Origin: Sminthopsis crassicaudata
Taxonomy: Eukaryota
Assembly (NCBI RefSeq): GCF_048593235.1
Contig: NC_133617.1
Coordinates: 713,601,158 to 713,664,957 of the forward strand
Reading direction: 5' to 3'
DNA: 63,800 nt
Under the pieces are notes generated by a model, which was not told where the DNA came from, searched no databases, and was given only the letters and a program-made list of their open reading frames with translations. Within the stretch, counting starts at the first letter, position 1. Each line of letters starts with the position of its first letter. Made by a program: the position numbers and the translations under genes. Positions 49,351-62,190 of the stretch are shown here, piece by piece.

Positions 49351-49635
49351 CACATCAGTGACACAGTGACTAGCGTTCAGGACCCAGATTTAGCAGGACC
49401 TGAGTTTGAGTCTGACCTATGAAACTTACCAGCAGAGTGATCTTTGGCAAATAAATCATTTAATCTATACCAATCTCAATTTCCTCATCTATAAAATGTG
49501 AATAAGGGCATCTACCTTCCAGGCTTATGAGGATAAAATGTGATAGTATTTGAGAAGTACTTTGTAAATCATAAAGTACTATATAAATGTTAGTTATTAT
49601 TATCAATATCAATAATAATAATAATAATAATAATA
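49350..49635 (+). mobile_element. MIR SINE with (AAT)n tail (second copy at about 57840-58112)
   Basis: CAGGACCTGAGTTTGAGTCTGACC...CTCAATTTCCTCATCTATAAAATG...ACTATATAAATGTTAGTTATTATTA. Confidence 0.88.
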
Positions 49636-49704
49636 TTTGCTATTGATTGATTGTATTGGGAAATGCAAAGTTTTTTTTTTTGTTTGTGGGCTAAACTGTG
49701 CAAT

Positions 49705-49756
49705 TATATCTATATCTATCTATCTAAATAGATATCTCTCTAATCTATCTATCTAA

Positions 49757-49787
<31 letters not shown>

Positions 49788-49806
49788 TAGGTATAGATAT
49801 AGATAT
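49705..49806. repeat. Compound (TATC)n/(GATA)n inverted microsatellite (second copy about 58181-58282)
   Basis: Direct. Confidence 0.95.
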
Positions 49807-49809
49807 TTA

Positions 49810-50170
49810 AGGGCAAAGCTTTTATTCCTGACCCCAATTCATAGCACTCATCTCCTATGATTTTTCTGCTTGTTTCAACTAATGTTTTTTTTCTACATTA
49901 TATTTTTTCTATATATAAGATCTATATCAATTGTCACTTTTCTCACTCCTCCCCCTCATTTTACTTGTTTGAAAATCTTTCAATTAGATTTGCAAGATCC
50001 ATGCAAATACATGCTTATGTTTGGTTCAGTCCATCCCCAGCCAAGAGACTGTAATTCTCCTATTTTAAGGTGCAGTTTAGAATTGCAGATACCTTTTTCA
50101 GTCACCATTCTCTTAGCCAACTCTTTAGTTCTCACAGGAGCCTTTCTGTTCTGCATCCTTTAACTGCTCA
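49810..50170 (-). mobile_element. Marsupial L1 3' UTR-like fragment (second copy about 58285-58635)
   Basis: GCTTTTATTCCTGACCCC...TTTTTCTGCTTG...CCATGCAAATACATGCTTATG; weak recall-based match. Confidence 0.45.
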
Positions 50171-50779
50171 CCTCTGTTTTTCTGTTTCTTGCCTAAGACT
50201 TTGTAGTCTTTGTCCTACTTTCTCCCTCCTGATCCTCTAGAGACTCATGATAAATCCCCATTTTTAGGAACCAGCATGGAAGAGGGAAAGCAAAAGACCC
50301 GGGCAAAAAGTTCATAAATAACAAAGAGAATTGAATCTCTTTCTTAAACTATTGATTTAATGCACCAAGAATAGGGATATTTCTCTTATTACCTGAGATT
50401 TCTGCAATCCAGAGGCAGTATTTATAACGATTAGGATGATGGACTTGAAATCAGGAAAATCTGTTTTTAAATTTTACTTGTGACACTTGGTAGCTGTGTG
50501 ACTGTAGGTATGTCATTTACTCTCCTTTGCCCTCCTTTTCATCATCTGCCAAAATGAAGGAATTAGACAGCTAAGTTTGGGAAAAGAACTGAAAAGAAGC
50601 TGAAAAGCTCCAAATGTAAGAAACTATGATCTGTAGTGTCAAAAGGAGGAGAATGATGACTCCATCTTACTTCTTCCTATTGCTTCCTTGGACCAATTAA
50701 ATATGAAGAAATACAGCCAAAGTTATGCATTACCCAAAATGCATATTGTCTATCTCTGGGAAAAAGTCATTTTTCAAAA

Positions 50780-51130
50780 GAGATTTAGTAGCAAAATAGG
50801 CTTTCAGATTCATTTGTGCTAGCTTTCTCTGCAGCCTCACTGTATGCAAATGATAGAAGACAGGATTTTTCTTAAAGCTTTATAATCATGATGGCTATTT
50901 ATGATCGTGTTGGTTGTGTTTTATGATCATTTATTACCTCTTTTTTAATGAATTAGTGCATCTGGTGCCTTTCAGCTCGGGCACCTTATGGTTCTCATTG
51001 GTTTCTATCATTCATTATAGAATATAAGGAAGCACAGGAGGACAGGATTCTGCCAGGTAACGTGATAAACTAAGCACAGGTGAGGAAGGAGATGCGAACT
51101 CCACATCTGGACTCATTCATCTCTTTCCCT
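50780..51130. promoter_or_regulatory. Putative conserved enhancer-like element (second copy about 59255-59605)
   Basis: TE-free, retains four CpGs in about 200 bp in a CpG-depleted window; octamer ATGCAAAT at 50844-50851, two TTTATGA homeodomain-type sites and TAATGAATTA. Confidence 0.35.
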
Positions 51131-52655
51131 CCTAATTTTGAAAAAAAGGAAAATAGTTGTAATTCAGAGGTAGTGATCATTTCTGGGATCTCTTCTGTAA
51201 TTTTCTAGGCTGAATTGAATTTTCCAAAGGCCAAGAAAAACATACAATGAAAAGTTGTGCATGTCAATCACAGCTACCCTTTTTAATATGATTTCATCAG
51301 AGCAGAATCTGTGATTTCATAGCAGAATTTGCTATATTTCATGAATCATCTCTATAAACATGAATGAAGCCTTAGAGACAATAAGGTTTAGAGCTTTCAG
51401 GCCCTAAGAGAAGTAATAACATTTACAAAGCATACCTAAGTTCAAAAGCCTGGGCTAGACACTGGAGACCAAAAAAAAGTACTTCTTTCCCTCAAGGAGA
51501 GGTTGAACTTCTGCACTTTAGAAATGGGGAAATAGAAGAGGAGAGAAAAAAGGATTTGTCACAGAGCACAGAGGTGGGTAGCTGCAAAGCCAAATATTTA
51601 CCTAAATCCAATGCCACTTAATGAAGAACATTCCTTACTAATAGACTGGCCCTAGCAATAATCCTTTAATAATTACTGATATAGAGAGAGCGCTTGAAAT
51701 TTTTGTAAAGTGCATTCAAAAATTTGATCTCATTTGAGCCTCACCCTTTGAGAGATGTCTACAAATGAGGAAACTGAGTTCCAGAGTTTAAATGGATTGC
51801 ACGGCCCCATACAGTATTTGAACACAGATTTTCATACCTCCAGATCTAAAACTTAAGGCATCACACCTAAAAAATGCTGCCTCTCTTCAGATAAATGTCA
51901 CTGTCATGCCGATTTGAAAGCTGAGAGTAATATGAAAAAAAAAAAAAAAAGGCTTTCAAACATCTGTCTTCACATATGGATTCTGTTCTTAAATCCACTC
52001 ATAACTCTAAAAGCAAACCAGAAAATTATTTCTATGCATTAGTCTTTAGTTTTCTAAACTTAAAAAAAAAAAAAAAATTAGGATAATTCCCATAATTCCC
52101 ATGCTGGCTTTCTCTGATCTCAGAATGAATGAGTCATGCTAATCAAGTACCCTGAGCTTCCCTAAAGAGAGGCTTTAGTCATATACAAAGAATTATGATC
52201 ACAGAAAATGAATATTCTTGCCCTTGAAAAATATAAGCTCTTTGAAGGGAGGAACTGCTTTTTGTTTTTTAAGATATATTAGCACAAAATCTGTTGTGCA
52301 ATAGGCATTTAATAAATACCTTGAATATTTACAACAATGCTTCAAGGCAAATATGAGGACATCTTGAAGGATGGGAAAGCAAGCTATTTGTCCAAGAAAT
52401 CAGTGGGGAAAGTGTCTTTTGCCAAATTTCTTGCTGATATTGTCAGGAAACTATCTTAGTTCCTTAGGAGGATAGTTTCAGAGTTTCAGAGTCAGAAAGG
52501 ATCTCATAGGCTGAGCAGTTCAAAATTCATTTTTACAGATGAGATAACTGAGGCCAAAGGAGAAAAGTGACTTGCCTAAGATAATATAGGCATTTATGTT
52601 GCCAAGTGGAAATTTAAGCCCAAAATGTTCAAGTCTCCCAAGCTAGTACTCATGT

Positions 52656-52680
52656 NNNNNNNNNNNNNNNNNNNNNNNNN
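52656..52680. other. Assembly gap (25 N) at duplication junction
   Basis: Direct: 25 N, much shorter than the other six gaps (138-172 N). Confidence 1.
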
Positions 52681-55600
52681 CTAGAATCACATTGTAAGAA
52701 CTGATTCTATTTATTAAACACCTATTATGTGCTAGACATTTGTTTAAGAATACAAAGACAAAAAATGATATCCTCAAGGAGATTTATATTCTATCATAGA
52801 AGTAAAATAAAGATTTGTTCAGGGACACACAATTAGTAAGAAGAGATAGAATTTTAACTCAAATTATCCTGACCATAGATCTAGCACTCTATCCATTTAT
52901 TTACACAAGCCCAATATTATTTTTTTTTATTTACATTGTGCCTTAAATTTTAGAAACCACTATACTCAGACCCCTGAGCTATGTAGTACAAATATTATCT
53001 CCATATTTAACCACAAGGGGCCTTAGAGGCCATTTACTCCAATTTCATTTTGCAGTTGAGGAAACTGAGGTTCATGGGGGAAAGTGGCTTGCTCAATGTC
53101 ACCTAGCTTCTGCCTCCAAATCTAGCCATCTTTCCATGGGAAGTGCATTGAGAAACCGGAGGCTCTAAGAGATGTCATCACTTGCCCAAGGTTACACAGA
53201 TAGTGAGGAATATTCAATCTCACTTCTGATTCCAGATTCAATCTTTGGTTTCTGTTGTTGTTCCCCTCTGCACTCAGTGTAATCAATAGCTTTAACCTTA
53301 GCAACCCCATCCTGTGTCCTACAATCAATTAACCACAGTGCCTCAGGAGCAGTAAATTCTATTGATCCATTCCTTCCCAGAATCATAGAGTGACAGAAGT
53401 TGAGAGCTAGAAAGGACCACAAGAGCCATGTAGTGCAACCCATACTTATTAAAGAATCTTTCCCACTGTATCATAGCCAACAAGTGGCCATCCAGACTTC
53501 ATAATTGAAGCAAAATCCACTATTTTCCAAGGCAGCCCATTCTATTTTGGGAGAGATCTAAAAATTAGGAAGGTTTTGGGTGCAGGGAGGCTAGCCCTCA
53601 AATAAAGCTTCCCTAAATGCAATTTGGGATGAAAGGACCTTAGAGGTTAACTAGTTCCTTCCTCCTATTTTATAGATAAAAAAATCAAAGTCAGAGAGGC
53701 TGTTTTATCTGTAACATCACATCCGTGCTAAGTGAAAGAGCCATGATTCCAATCACTGTGTTTACTTGTCTCATCTAGAAACAAAACTAAGCAAGTAATG
53801 TAATCCTTCTTCCACACATGAGTTCCTCACATCCTTCAAGGTCATTGTCATAAACTTCCCTGAGTCTTCTCTTTTACAAAATAACCAGCCCTAATTTCTT
53901 CCAAGTGCTGTTTAAATGGCATGGGCTAGAGACCTTGACCAACTTAATAGACTTCCTCTTGATGCTATTCATTTCATCAATGGCCTTAATGGACTGGGCT
54001 GGTCAGCATTGAACCTTGGATTCATTAGGGCAGAGTAGAGTGGAATATGTACCTTTTTCTCCTGGGAATATAATTATGTCTCTCCCTCAGCTCAGATTTG
54101 CAAGACTTTCTGTGCTATCTCACTATTATCTTGTATTGAGAATAGAATCATTATTAAGTCTTTTTTTTTTAGAAACTAGTATCTAAGCATATCTATTTAA
54201 TCTTATACTTAAGAAGCTTTGAAGTAAAGCATACTTTTATCTCTTTTAAATTTCATCTTTTCAGATCCAGTCAAATATTCTGTCCTATCAAGGTCTTTTT
54301 GGACCCCAATTGTCAGTTATCCCTTCAACTTCATGCAAACTACAAATTTGATCAAATTGTGATCTCTCTCTTTATCCAGCAAATTGATAAATGTGTTCAA
54401 GTACCTAAGGCTGAGCAGGTAACCCTGGGAAATTCTGTAGGTTACCTTCTTCTGAGATGGCTTCAAATCAGGACAAATCTTTGAAAATAGACATTTAACC
54501 AATTCTCAATCCATCTAATTGTATCTTTTAGACTACTGCTCTCCATCTTTTCCATAATAGTAGCATCAATTAATTAATTAAACATTTCTTATTGCTTTAT
54601 TGGAAGGCAATAGAAATATATAGTCACAGAATTATAGATTTAAAGCAAAAGAAATCATAGAGACAACTGAGTTGAACATTCTTATTTTAAAGACGAGGGT
54701 ACCTAGACCCAGAGAGATTGGATGACTAGTCCAGGAATATGATTCCTCTCAAGAAGCTTACATTCTACCAAGAAGCTACATGCTCACAGATAAGAAAATG
54801 TGGGGCACATTCAAAAATTTAAAAATAACCTGGAAAGCTATAAGGGAGCACAAAATCTGAATCAGTAAAGAGTTTTTGAGGATGCTAATGCATGAGTTGA
54901 ACTTTAAAGGAAGCCAGGAGTTTTAAGAGTTGGAAGTGAGGAAAGAGAGCCTCTGGCTCTAAAGAACAGTTTCCATAAAGGCACAAGAGGTGAGATGAAA
55001 TATTGTATATGAGGAGCATCAAGTGACCAGTTTGGCTGAAGTGTCTAGTGTGTGAAGGAGAATGATATGCAATAGCCCAGAAATGGAGGTTGGAGGCAGA
55101 GTGCCAAGGACTTTAAGTGATAAAGAGGAAAATTTGTATTTATTCATCCCAGAGGCAATGGAGAATCAATGAAGCATTTCAACCAGAGAAGTGACTCTCT
55201 CAGACCTGCAGTTTTTGAATATCAATTTGACAAATGTGAGAAGGGTGAATTGGAGAAGGGAGAGATTAGACAAAGAGCATAAAGAAAATACTGCAATAGA
55301 TTGGGGGAGAGATAATGAGTTACAGGATTGGAATGGTTGTGGTATAAGTGTAATGAATGGAACAGATACAAGAGTTACTGAAGACTTGCATCAATAAAGC
55401 TTGATTAATGATTGAATCTTGGAGAGGGGATGAAAAAAGAAACAATCAAGAATAATTCCTGTTTTCAACCTGGGTAACTGGGAAAAATGGTGGTGCCATT
55501 AAGAATAATGAACTTAAAAGGAGGGATGGATTTGGAGGAAAGGTAATGAGTTCTGTTTGGGGAATGTTAACCTTGAATTGTTTGCTAGACATCCACATTT

Positions 55601-58232
55601 TTTAAATGTTTAGTAGAAATATCAACCAGGCATTTGGCGACCTGGATTTGTAGCTAAAAAGATGAGGGTAGAATATGTAGCTCTGACATCTTTTATATCA
55701 TGAAGATAGTTAGATCCCTGAAAGAAGATCAAAATATTGGGAGACTGTAGAGAAAGGAGAGAACTGAGGCTGCAGCCTTGGGGACAGAGCCAAGTATAGG
55801 ATATAAGTGAGGATCCTACAAAGCAGACTAAGAAGGTAAAATCAAATAAAGAAGAGAAAAAGCAAATATTTTATCAAGTGATGTTCTAATATCTGTGTAA
55901 ACAATCCAACCTCTTTGCCTGATCTACCAGATTTGAAACCATGTCAAAATTAAAAAAAAAAAAAAAAAAAAAAAGGAAATGAGGTTAATGTGTTACTAAC
56001 CATCCCTCTAATAATTCTAGTTTTCCCAGTAATCAAAGTCAAGCTCACCAGCCCATGGATGAATGACTATTCTCTTCTCTTTTTGTGGCAAGGTGGATGG
56101 GAGAAATCAGGACTTTTGCCCTTTGCCAATCCTATGATACCCCTCTGATTTCCCATTATTTTTCTAAGATTACTTTGACTCACCAAAATACTGGGCACTC
56201 CTTTCAGTACTTCTGTAACTACTTTATGTGTTACAGGTTAAATAAATTCCTCAAGAGCACCTGGATTCTCTCATTATCTCCATACTTACCTTGCATATCA
56301 GCTCCCTGTTAGCCACTTGGATTCTGTCCTTTCTAGTGCAAGTGCTACTGGTAGAGGTGGGGTGGTATTCTAGGAGGGAGAAATTGAGGGACTCAGCCTT
56401 TTGTCTGTCATCAGTTATTTCTGAAATAAACAGTGGCCCAAGCTCTTGTTTGAACCTCCTTTATTTTACCTAATAAAGATTTTTTTAAAGCAGGTTTTCA
56501 TTGTTTTTAACTTTCCTTATTGGACATAGATCATCTGAGCTCTTTTACTGATCCCATTATTCTTAGTCCATTGTTAAACATGTATTAAGTGCCTACTAGT
56601 TGCCAGGAAGTGTGATAAGCATTGGGAATGTAAAGAAAGTTAAAAGACTGTCCCTGTTCCCAAAGATCTCATAGTTTAATAGGGGAGACAACATGAAAAC
56701 TGTATACAAACAAGCTCTCTTGCCTGTTTTTGCCTTTTCTATATATTTCTTAAACAATAACAACAAAAATCCTTAAAGGTTTTTAATAAGTCCCTTGTGT
56801 GAGCTCATCTATCTCTTACTTCTCTTTGTTATTAGAGTTGGTTCTTTTTTTTTTTTTTTTTTTTTGAGTTCAGAATTTAAATCCTGAAAGTTTCCTACCC
56901 TTCTTGGACAGTTTCTCTTTTAGAATGCTAAGATGGGCTCCTACCTCTCCTTTTTCTAAAGAACTCTTTGTAAAATGTTCTCTTAAAATCCAAAGGGCAT
57001 GTCAGACTATTCTCAGCCTCCCTCTCCTTCGATATCACAAACTCCAGAAAGAACTCATGCTCTGTCCCAAGGTTCTCATCATTTCTACTCCAGCAATGTG
57101 TTCCTTCTTCTTGGTAAGAATCACAACTGAAATAAAATTGACCTATTGTGGTTTCCTCTGTCTTTTTTGAAGGATGAAATTATGCTTAGAGACAATCAAG
57201 AAGCAACTTTGGATTTTGGCAGAAAGCACCCATTATTTCTAGATGAAAGAAATCCTTATTCCTATTATATCTTTGCCTCTATTCAAACACATAATCTAAT
57301 TCCCCAAAGTCTTCATCAACTTTCTCCTTCTGTTCAGGGTGCATACCCCCTGGCAAAATTACTTCTATATTTTATTCTGTTGGTTTTTATCCTAATATCC
57401 TTAATCATGAGATCTCTGTCAGGTCCTTGACTTCTTCATGTGGGTAAAATTCAAAATATATATTTTTCACCTTTATGTCCTCTCTTTTTTTTTTGAATCA
57501 GTGTACCTATCCAGAGCTACCAAATATCAGTGATACCTATCTTTGCCTGCAAAGCTCCTCCACTAACCCCATCCTTATTTCTACCTCATGGCTTCTTTGG
57601 CTTTTTTCAAGACTCAATTCAATTCCTAAGACCTTCAAAAAGCCTTTCCTCTAATTTTTTAGGAAACTTTTCAGTTTCCCCCCCTGCTAATATCTTCTGA
57701 TTTCAAATGGCATTTTCTACTCTACATATATGTTATACTTCTCATTATTTACATGTTCTCCCTCCCTATTAAAATGTATAATCCCTAAAGAAGGACTATT
57801 TTTTTTTTTCGTCCCCATATCTTAGCACAGTGTCTGGCACATCAGTGACACAGTGACTAGAGTTCAGGACCCAGATTTAGCAGGACCTGAGTTTGAGTCT
57901 GACCTATGAAACTTACCAGCAGAGTGATCTTTGGTGAATCATTTAATCTATACCAATCTCAATTTCCTCATCTATAAAATGTGAATAAGGGCATCTACCT
58001 TCCAGGCTTATGAGGATAAAATGTGATAGTATTTGAGAAGTACTTTGTAAATCATAAAGTACTATATAAATGTTAGTTATTATTATCAATATCAATAATA
58101 ATAATAATAATATTTGCTATTGATTGATTGTATTGGGAAATGCAAAGTTTTTTTTTTGTTTGTGGGCTAAACTGTGCAATTATATCTATATCTATCTATC
58201 TAAATAGATATCTCTCTAATCTATCTATCTAA

Positions 58233-58263
<31 letters not shown>

Positions 58264-61130
58264 TAGGTATAGATATAGATATTTAAGGGCAAAGCTTTTA
58301 TTCCTGACCCCAATTCATAGCACTCATCTCCTATGATTTTTCTGCTTGTTTCAACTAATGTTTTTTTTCTACATTTTTTTCTATATATAAGATCTATATC
58401 AATTGTCACTTTTCTCACTCCTCCCCCTCATTTTACTTGTTTGAAAATCTTTCAATTAGATTTGCAAGATCCATGCAAATACATGCTTATGTTTGGTTCA
58501 GTCCATCCCCAGCCAAGAGACTGTAATTCTCCTATTTTAAGGTGCAGTTTAGAATTGCAGATACCTTTTTCAGTCACCATTCTCTTAGCCAACTCTTTAG
58601 TTCTCACAAGAGCCTTTCTGTTCTGCATCCTTTACCTGCTCACCTCTGTTTTTCTGTTTCTTGCCTAAGACTTTGTAGTCTTTGTCCTACTTTCTCCCTC
58701 CTGATCCTCTAGAGACTCATGATAAATCCCCATTTTTAGGAACCAGCATGGAAGAGGGAAAGCAAAAGACCCGGGCAAAAAGTTCATAAATAACAAAGAG
58801 AATTGAATCTCTTTCTTAAACTATTGATTTAATGCACCAAGAATAGGGATATTTCTCTTATTTCCTGAGATTTCTGCAATCTAGAGGCAGTATTTAATAA
58901 TGATTAGGATGATGGACTTGAAATCAGGAAAATCTGTTTTTAAATTTTACTTGTGACACTTGGTAGCTGTGTGACTGTAGGTATGTCATTTACTCTCCTT
59001 TGCCCTCCTTTTCATCATCTGCCAAAATGAAGGAATTAGACCGCTAAGTTTGGGAAAAGAACTGAAAAGAAGCTGAAAAGCTCCAAATGTAAGAAACTAT
59101 GATCTGTAGTGTCAAAAGGAGGAGAATGATGACTCCATCTTACTTCTTCCTATTGCTTCCTTGGACCAATTAAATATGAAGAAATACAGCCAAAGCTATG
59201 CATTACCCAAAATGCATATTGTCTATCTCTGGGAAAAAGTCATTTTTCAAAAGAGATTTAGTAGCAAAATAGGCTTTCAGATTCATTTGTGCTAGCTTTC
59301 TCTGCAGCCTCACTGTATGCAAATGATAGAAGACAGGATTTTTCTTAAAGCTTTATAATCATGATGGCTATTTATGATCGTGTTGGTTGTGTTTTATGAT
59401 CATTTATTACCTCTTTTTTAATGAATTAGTGCATCTGGTGCCTTTCAGCTCGGGCACCTTATGGTTCTCATTGGTTTCTATTATTCATTATAGAATATAA
59501 GGAAGCACAGGAGGACAGGATTCTGCCAGGTAACGTGATAAACTAAGCACAGGTGAGGAAGGAGATGCGAACTCCACATCTGGACTCATTCATCTCTTTC
59601 CCTCCTAATTTTGAAAAAAAGGAAAATAGTTGTAATTCAGAGGTAGTGATCATTTTTGGGATCTCTTCTGTAATTTTCTAGGCTGAATTGAATTTTCCAA
59701 AGGCCAAGAAAAACATACAATGAAAAGTTGTGCATGTCAATCACAGCTACCCTTTTTAATATGATTTCATCAGAGCAGAATCTGTGATTTCATAGCAGAA
59801 TTTGCTATATTTCATGAATCATCTCTATAAACATGAATGAAGCCTTAGAGACAATAAGGTTTAGAGCTTTCAGGCCCTAAGAGAAGTAATAACATTTACA
59901 AAGCATACCTAAGTTCAAAAGCCTGGGCTAGACACTGGAGACCAAAAAAAAGTACTTCTTTCCCTCAAGGAGAGGTTGAACTTCTGCACTTTAGAAATGG
60001 GGAAATAGAAGAGGAGACAAAAAAGGATTTGTCACAGAGCACAGAGGTGGGTAGCTGCAAACCCAAATATTTACCTAAATCCAATGCCACTTAATGAAGA
60101 ACATTCCTTACTAATAGACTGGCCCTAGCAATAATCCTTTAATAATTACTGATATAGAGAGAGCGCTTGAAAATTTTGTAAAGTGCATTCAAAAATTTGA
60201 TCTCATTTGAGCCTCACCCTTTGAGAGATGTCTACAAATGAGGAAACTGAGTTCCAGAGTTTAAATGGATTGCACGGCCCCATACAGTATTTGAACACAG
60301 ATTTTCATACCTCCAGATCTAAAACTTAAGGCATCACACGTAAAAAATGCTGCCTCTCTTCAGATAAATGTCACTGTCATGCCGATTTGAAAGCTGAGAG
60401 TAATATGCAAAAAAAAAAAAAAAAAAAGGCTTTCAAACATCTGTCTTCACATATGGATTCTGTTCTTAAATCCACTCATAACTCTAAAAGCAAACCAGAA
60501 AATTATTTCTATGCAATAGTCTTTAGTTTTCCAAACTTAAAAAAAAAAAAATTAGGATAATTCCCATAATTCCCATGCTTGGTTTTCTCTGTTGACAGAA
60601 TGAATGAGTCATGCTAATCAAGTACCCTGAGCTTCCCTAAAGAGAGGCTTTAGTCATATACAAAGAATTATGATCACAGAAAATGAATATTCTTGCCCTT
60701 GAAAAATATAAGCTCTTTGAAGGGAGGAACTGCTTTTTGTTTTTTAAGATATATTAGCACAAAATCTGTTGTACAAAAGGCATTTAATAAATACCTTGAA
60801 TATTTACAACAATGCTTCAAGGCAAATATGAGGACATCTTGAAGGATGGGAAAGCAAGCTATTTGTCCAAGAAATCAGTGGGGAAAGTGTCTTTTGCCAA
60901 ATTTCTTGCTGATATTGTCAGGAAACTATCTTAGTTCCTTATGAGGATAGTTTCAGAGTTTCAGAGTCAGAAAGGATCTCATAGGCTGAGTAGTTCAAAA
61001 TTCATTTTTACAGATGAGATAACTGAGGCCAAAGGAGAAAAGTGACTTGCCTAAGATAATATAGGCATTTATGTTGCCAAGTGGAAATTTAAGCCCAAAA
61101 TGTTCAAGTCTCCCAAGCTAGTACTCATGT
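52681..61130 (+). repeat. Tandem duplication copy 2 (~8.45 kb), starts at 25-N gap; probable haplotype/false duplication
   Basis: Starts CTAGAATCACATTG immediately after N 52656-52680; ends GTACTCATGT at 61130 then continues into unique sequence. Contains second copies of all TEs found in 44220-52655. Confidence 0.98.
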
Positions 61131-61474
61131 TCATGCCATCACATATTAATGGTTTAATTGAAAAACTTGGATGCAATTTACTGTTTCTTTTCCTTTTTTG
61201 GCCAGATGCTTTGATTTGTCATAATAATGGGGAAAAGGATATGAAATTGAGTGCACATTGAAAAAAAGACTTTTGTTGCTATTGGCCTGCATATTATTAT
61301 TTATATTGCATTTATAAACATAATTGGTTTCACTAATTGACTATGAACCAGATATTAATGATTTGAAAGTATGATCCAAACATTTCAATTCTAATCCTGA
61401 GTATGGTCTTGCCTGTTTCCTTTTAATGATAAAAGCATATTTACACAGCACTTTGAGATTTGCACAGCATTTTA

Positions 61475-61619
61475 TCTGTTCTCTGACTCTTTCTCTGTTT
61501 CTGTCTCTGTCTTTCTCTTTCTCTCCATTTCTATTTCTCTGTGTCTCTGCCTCTGTGAATGTCTGTGTCTCTATCACTTTCAGTCTCTGTCTCTTTGCCT
61601 CTCTCTCCATTTTTCTTTG

Positions 61620-61687
<68 letters not shown>

Positions 61688-62190
61688 CTTCTCTTTCCAT
61701 CTTTGTATCTGTCTCTNNNNNNNNNNNNNNNNNNNNNNNNNNNNNNNNNNNNNNNNNNNNNNNNNNNNNNNNNNNNNNNNNNNNNNNNNNNNNNNNNNNN
61801 NNNNNNNNNNNNNNNNNNNNNNNNNNNNNNNNNNNNNNNNNNNNNNNNNNNNNNNNNNNNNNNNNNNNNNNNNNNNNNNNNNNNNNNNCTCTGTCTCTTT
61901 GTATCTCTATCCCCCTTTCTCTCTGTCTTGGTCTCTCTTTGTCTCTTTGCATTTCTCTTCCCCTTTCTGTCTCTGTCTCTATCTCTCTACCTCTCTATCC
62001 ACCTTTCTCTCTGTCTCTGTCTCTTTGCTTCTCTCTCCACCTTTCTGTGTGTCCTTGTCTATCTCTCTACCTCTCTATCCACCTTTCTCTCTGTCTCTGT
62101 CTCTTTGCTTCTCTCTCCACCTTTCTGTGTGTCCTTGTCTATCTTTCTGCCTCTCCATCCACTTTTCTCTCTGTGTCTGTGTCTCTCTTT
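61475..62190 (+). repeat. Compound (CT)n/(CTGT)n tract with gap and internal 80-bp tandem repeat
   Basis: Direct; 61981-62060 is identical to 62061-62140, with a diverged partial third unit to about 62180. Confidence 0.97.
61717..61888. other. Assembly gap (172 N) inside CT repeat
   Basis: Direct. Confidence 1.

Larger units (their letters stand above)
44220..52655 (+). repeat. Tandem duplication copy 1 (~8.44 kb), ends at 25-N gap
   Basis: Begins CTAGAATCACATTGTAAGAACTG at 44220 and ends CAAGCTAGTACTCATGT at 52655; colinear with 52681-61130; roughly 90 small differences by manual tally (~99% identity). Confidence 0.98.

Noticed and set aside
44659-58668. Pairs of identical short ORFs suggesting a duplicated gene cluster
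   Set aside because: They recur only because of the 8.4-kb duplication; most overlap MIR/L2/L3/L1 remnants and lack splice or protein-family signals.
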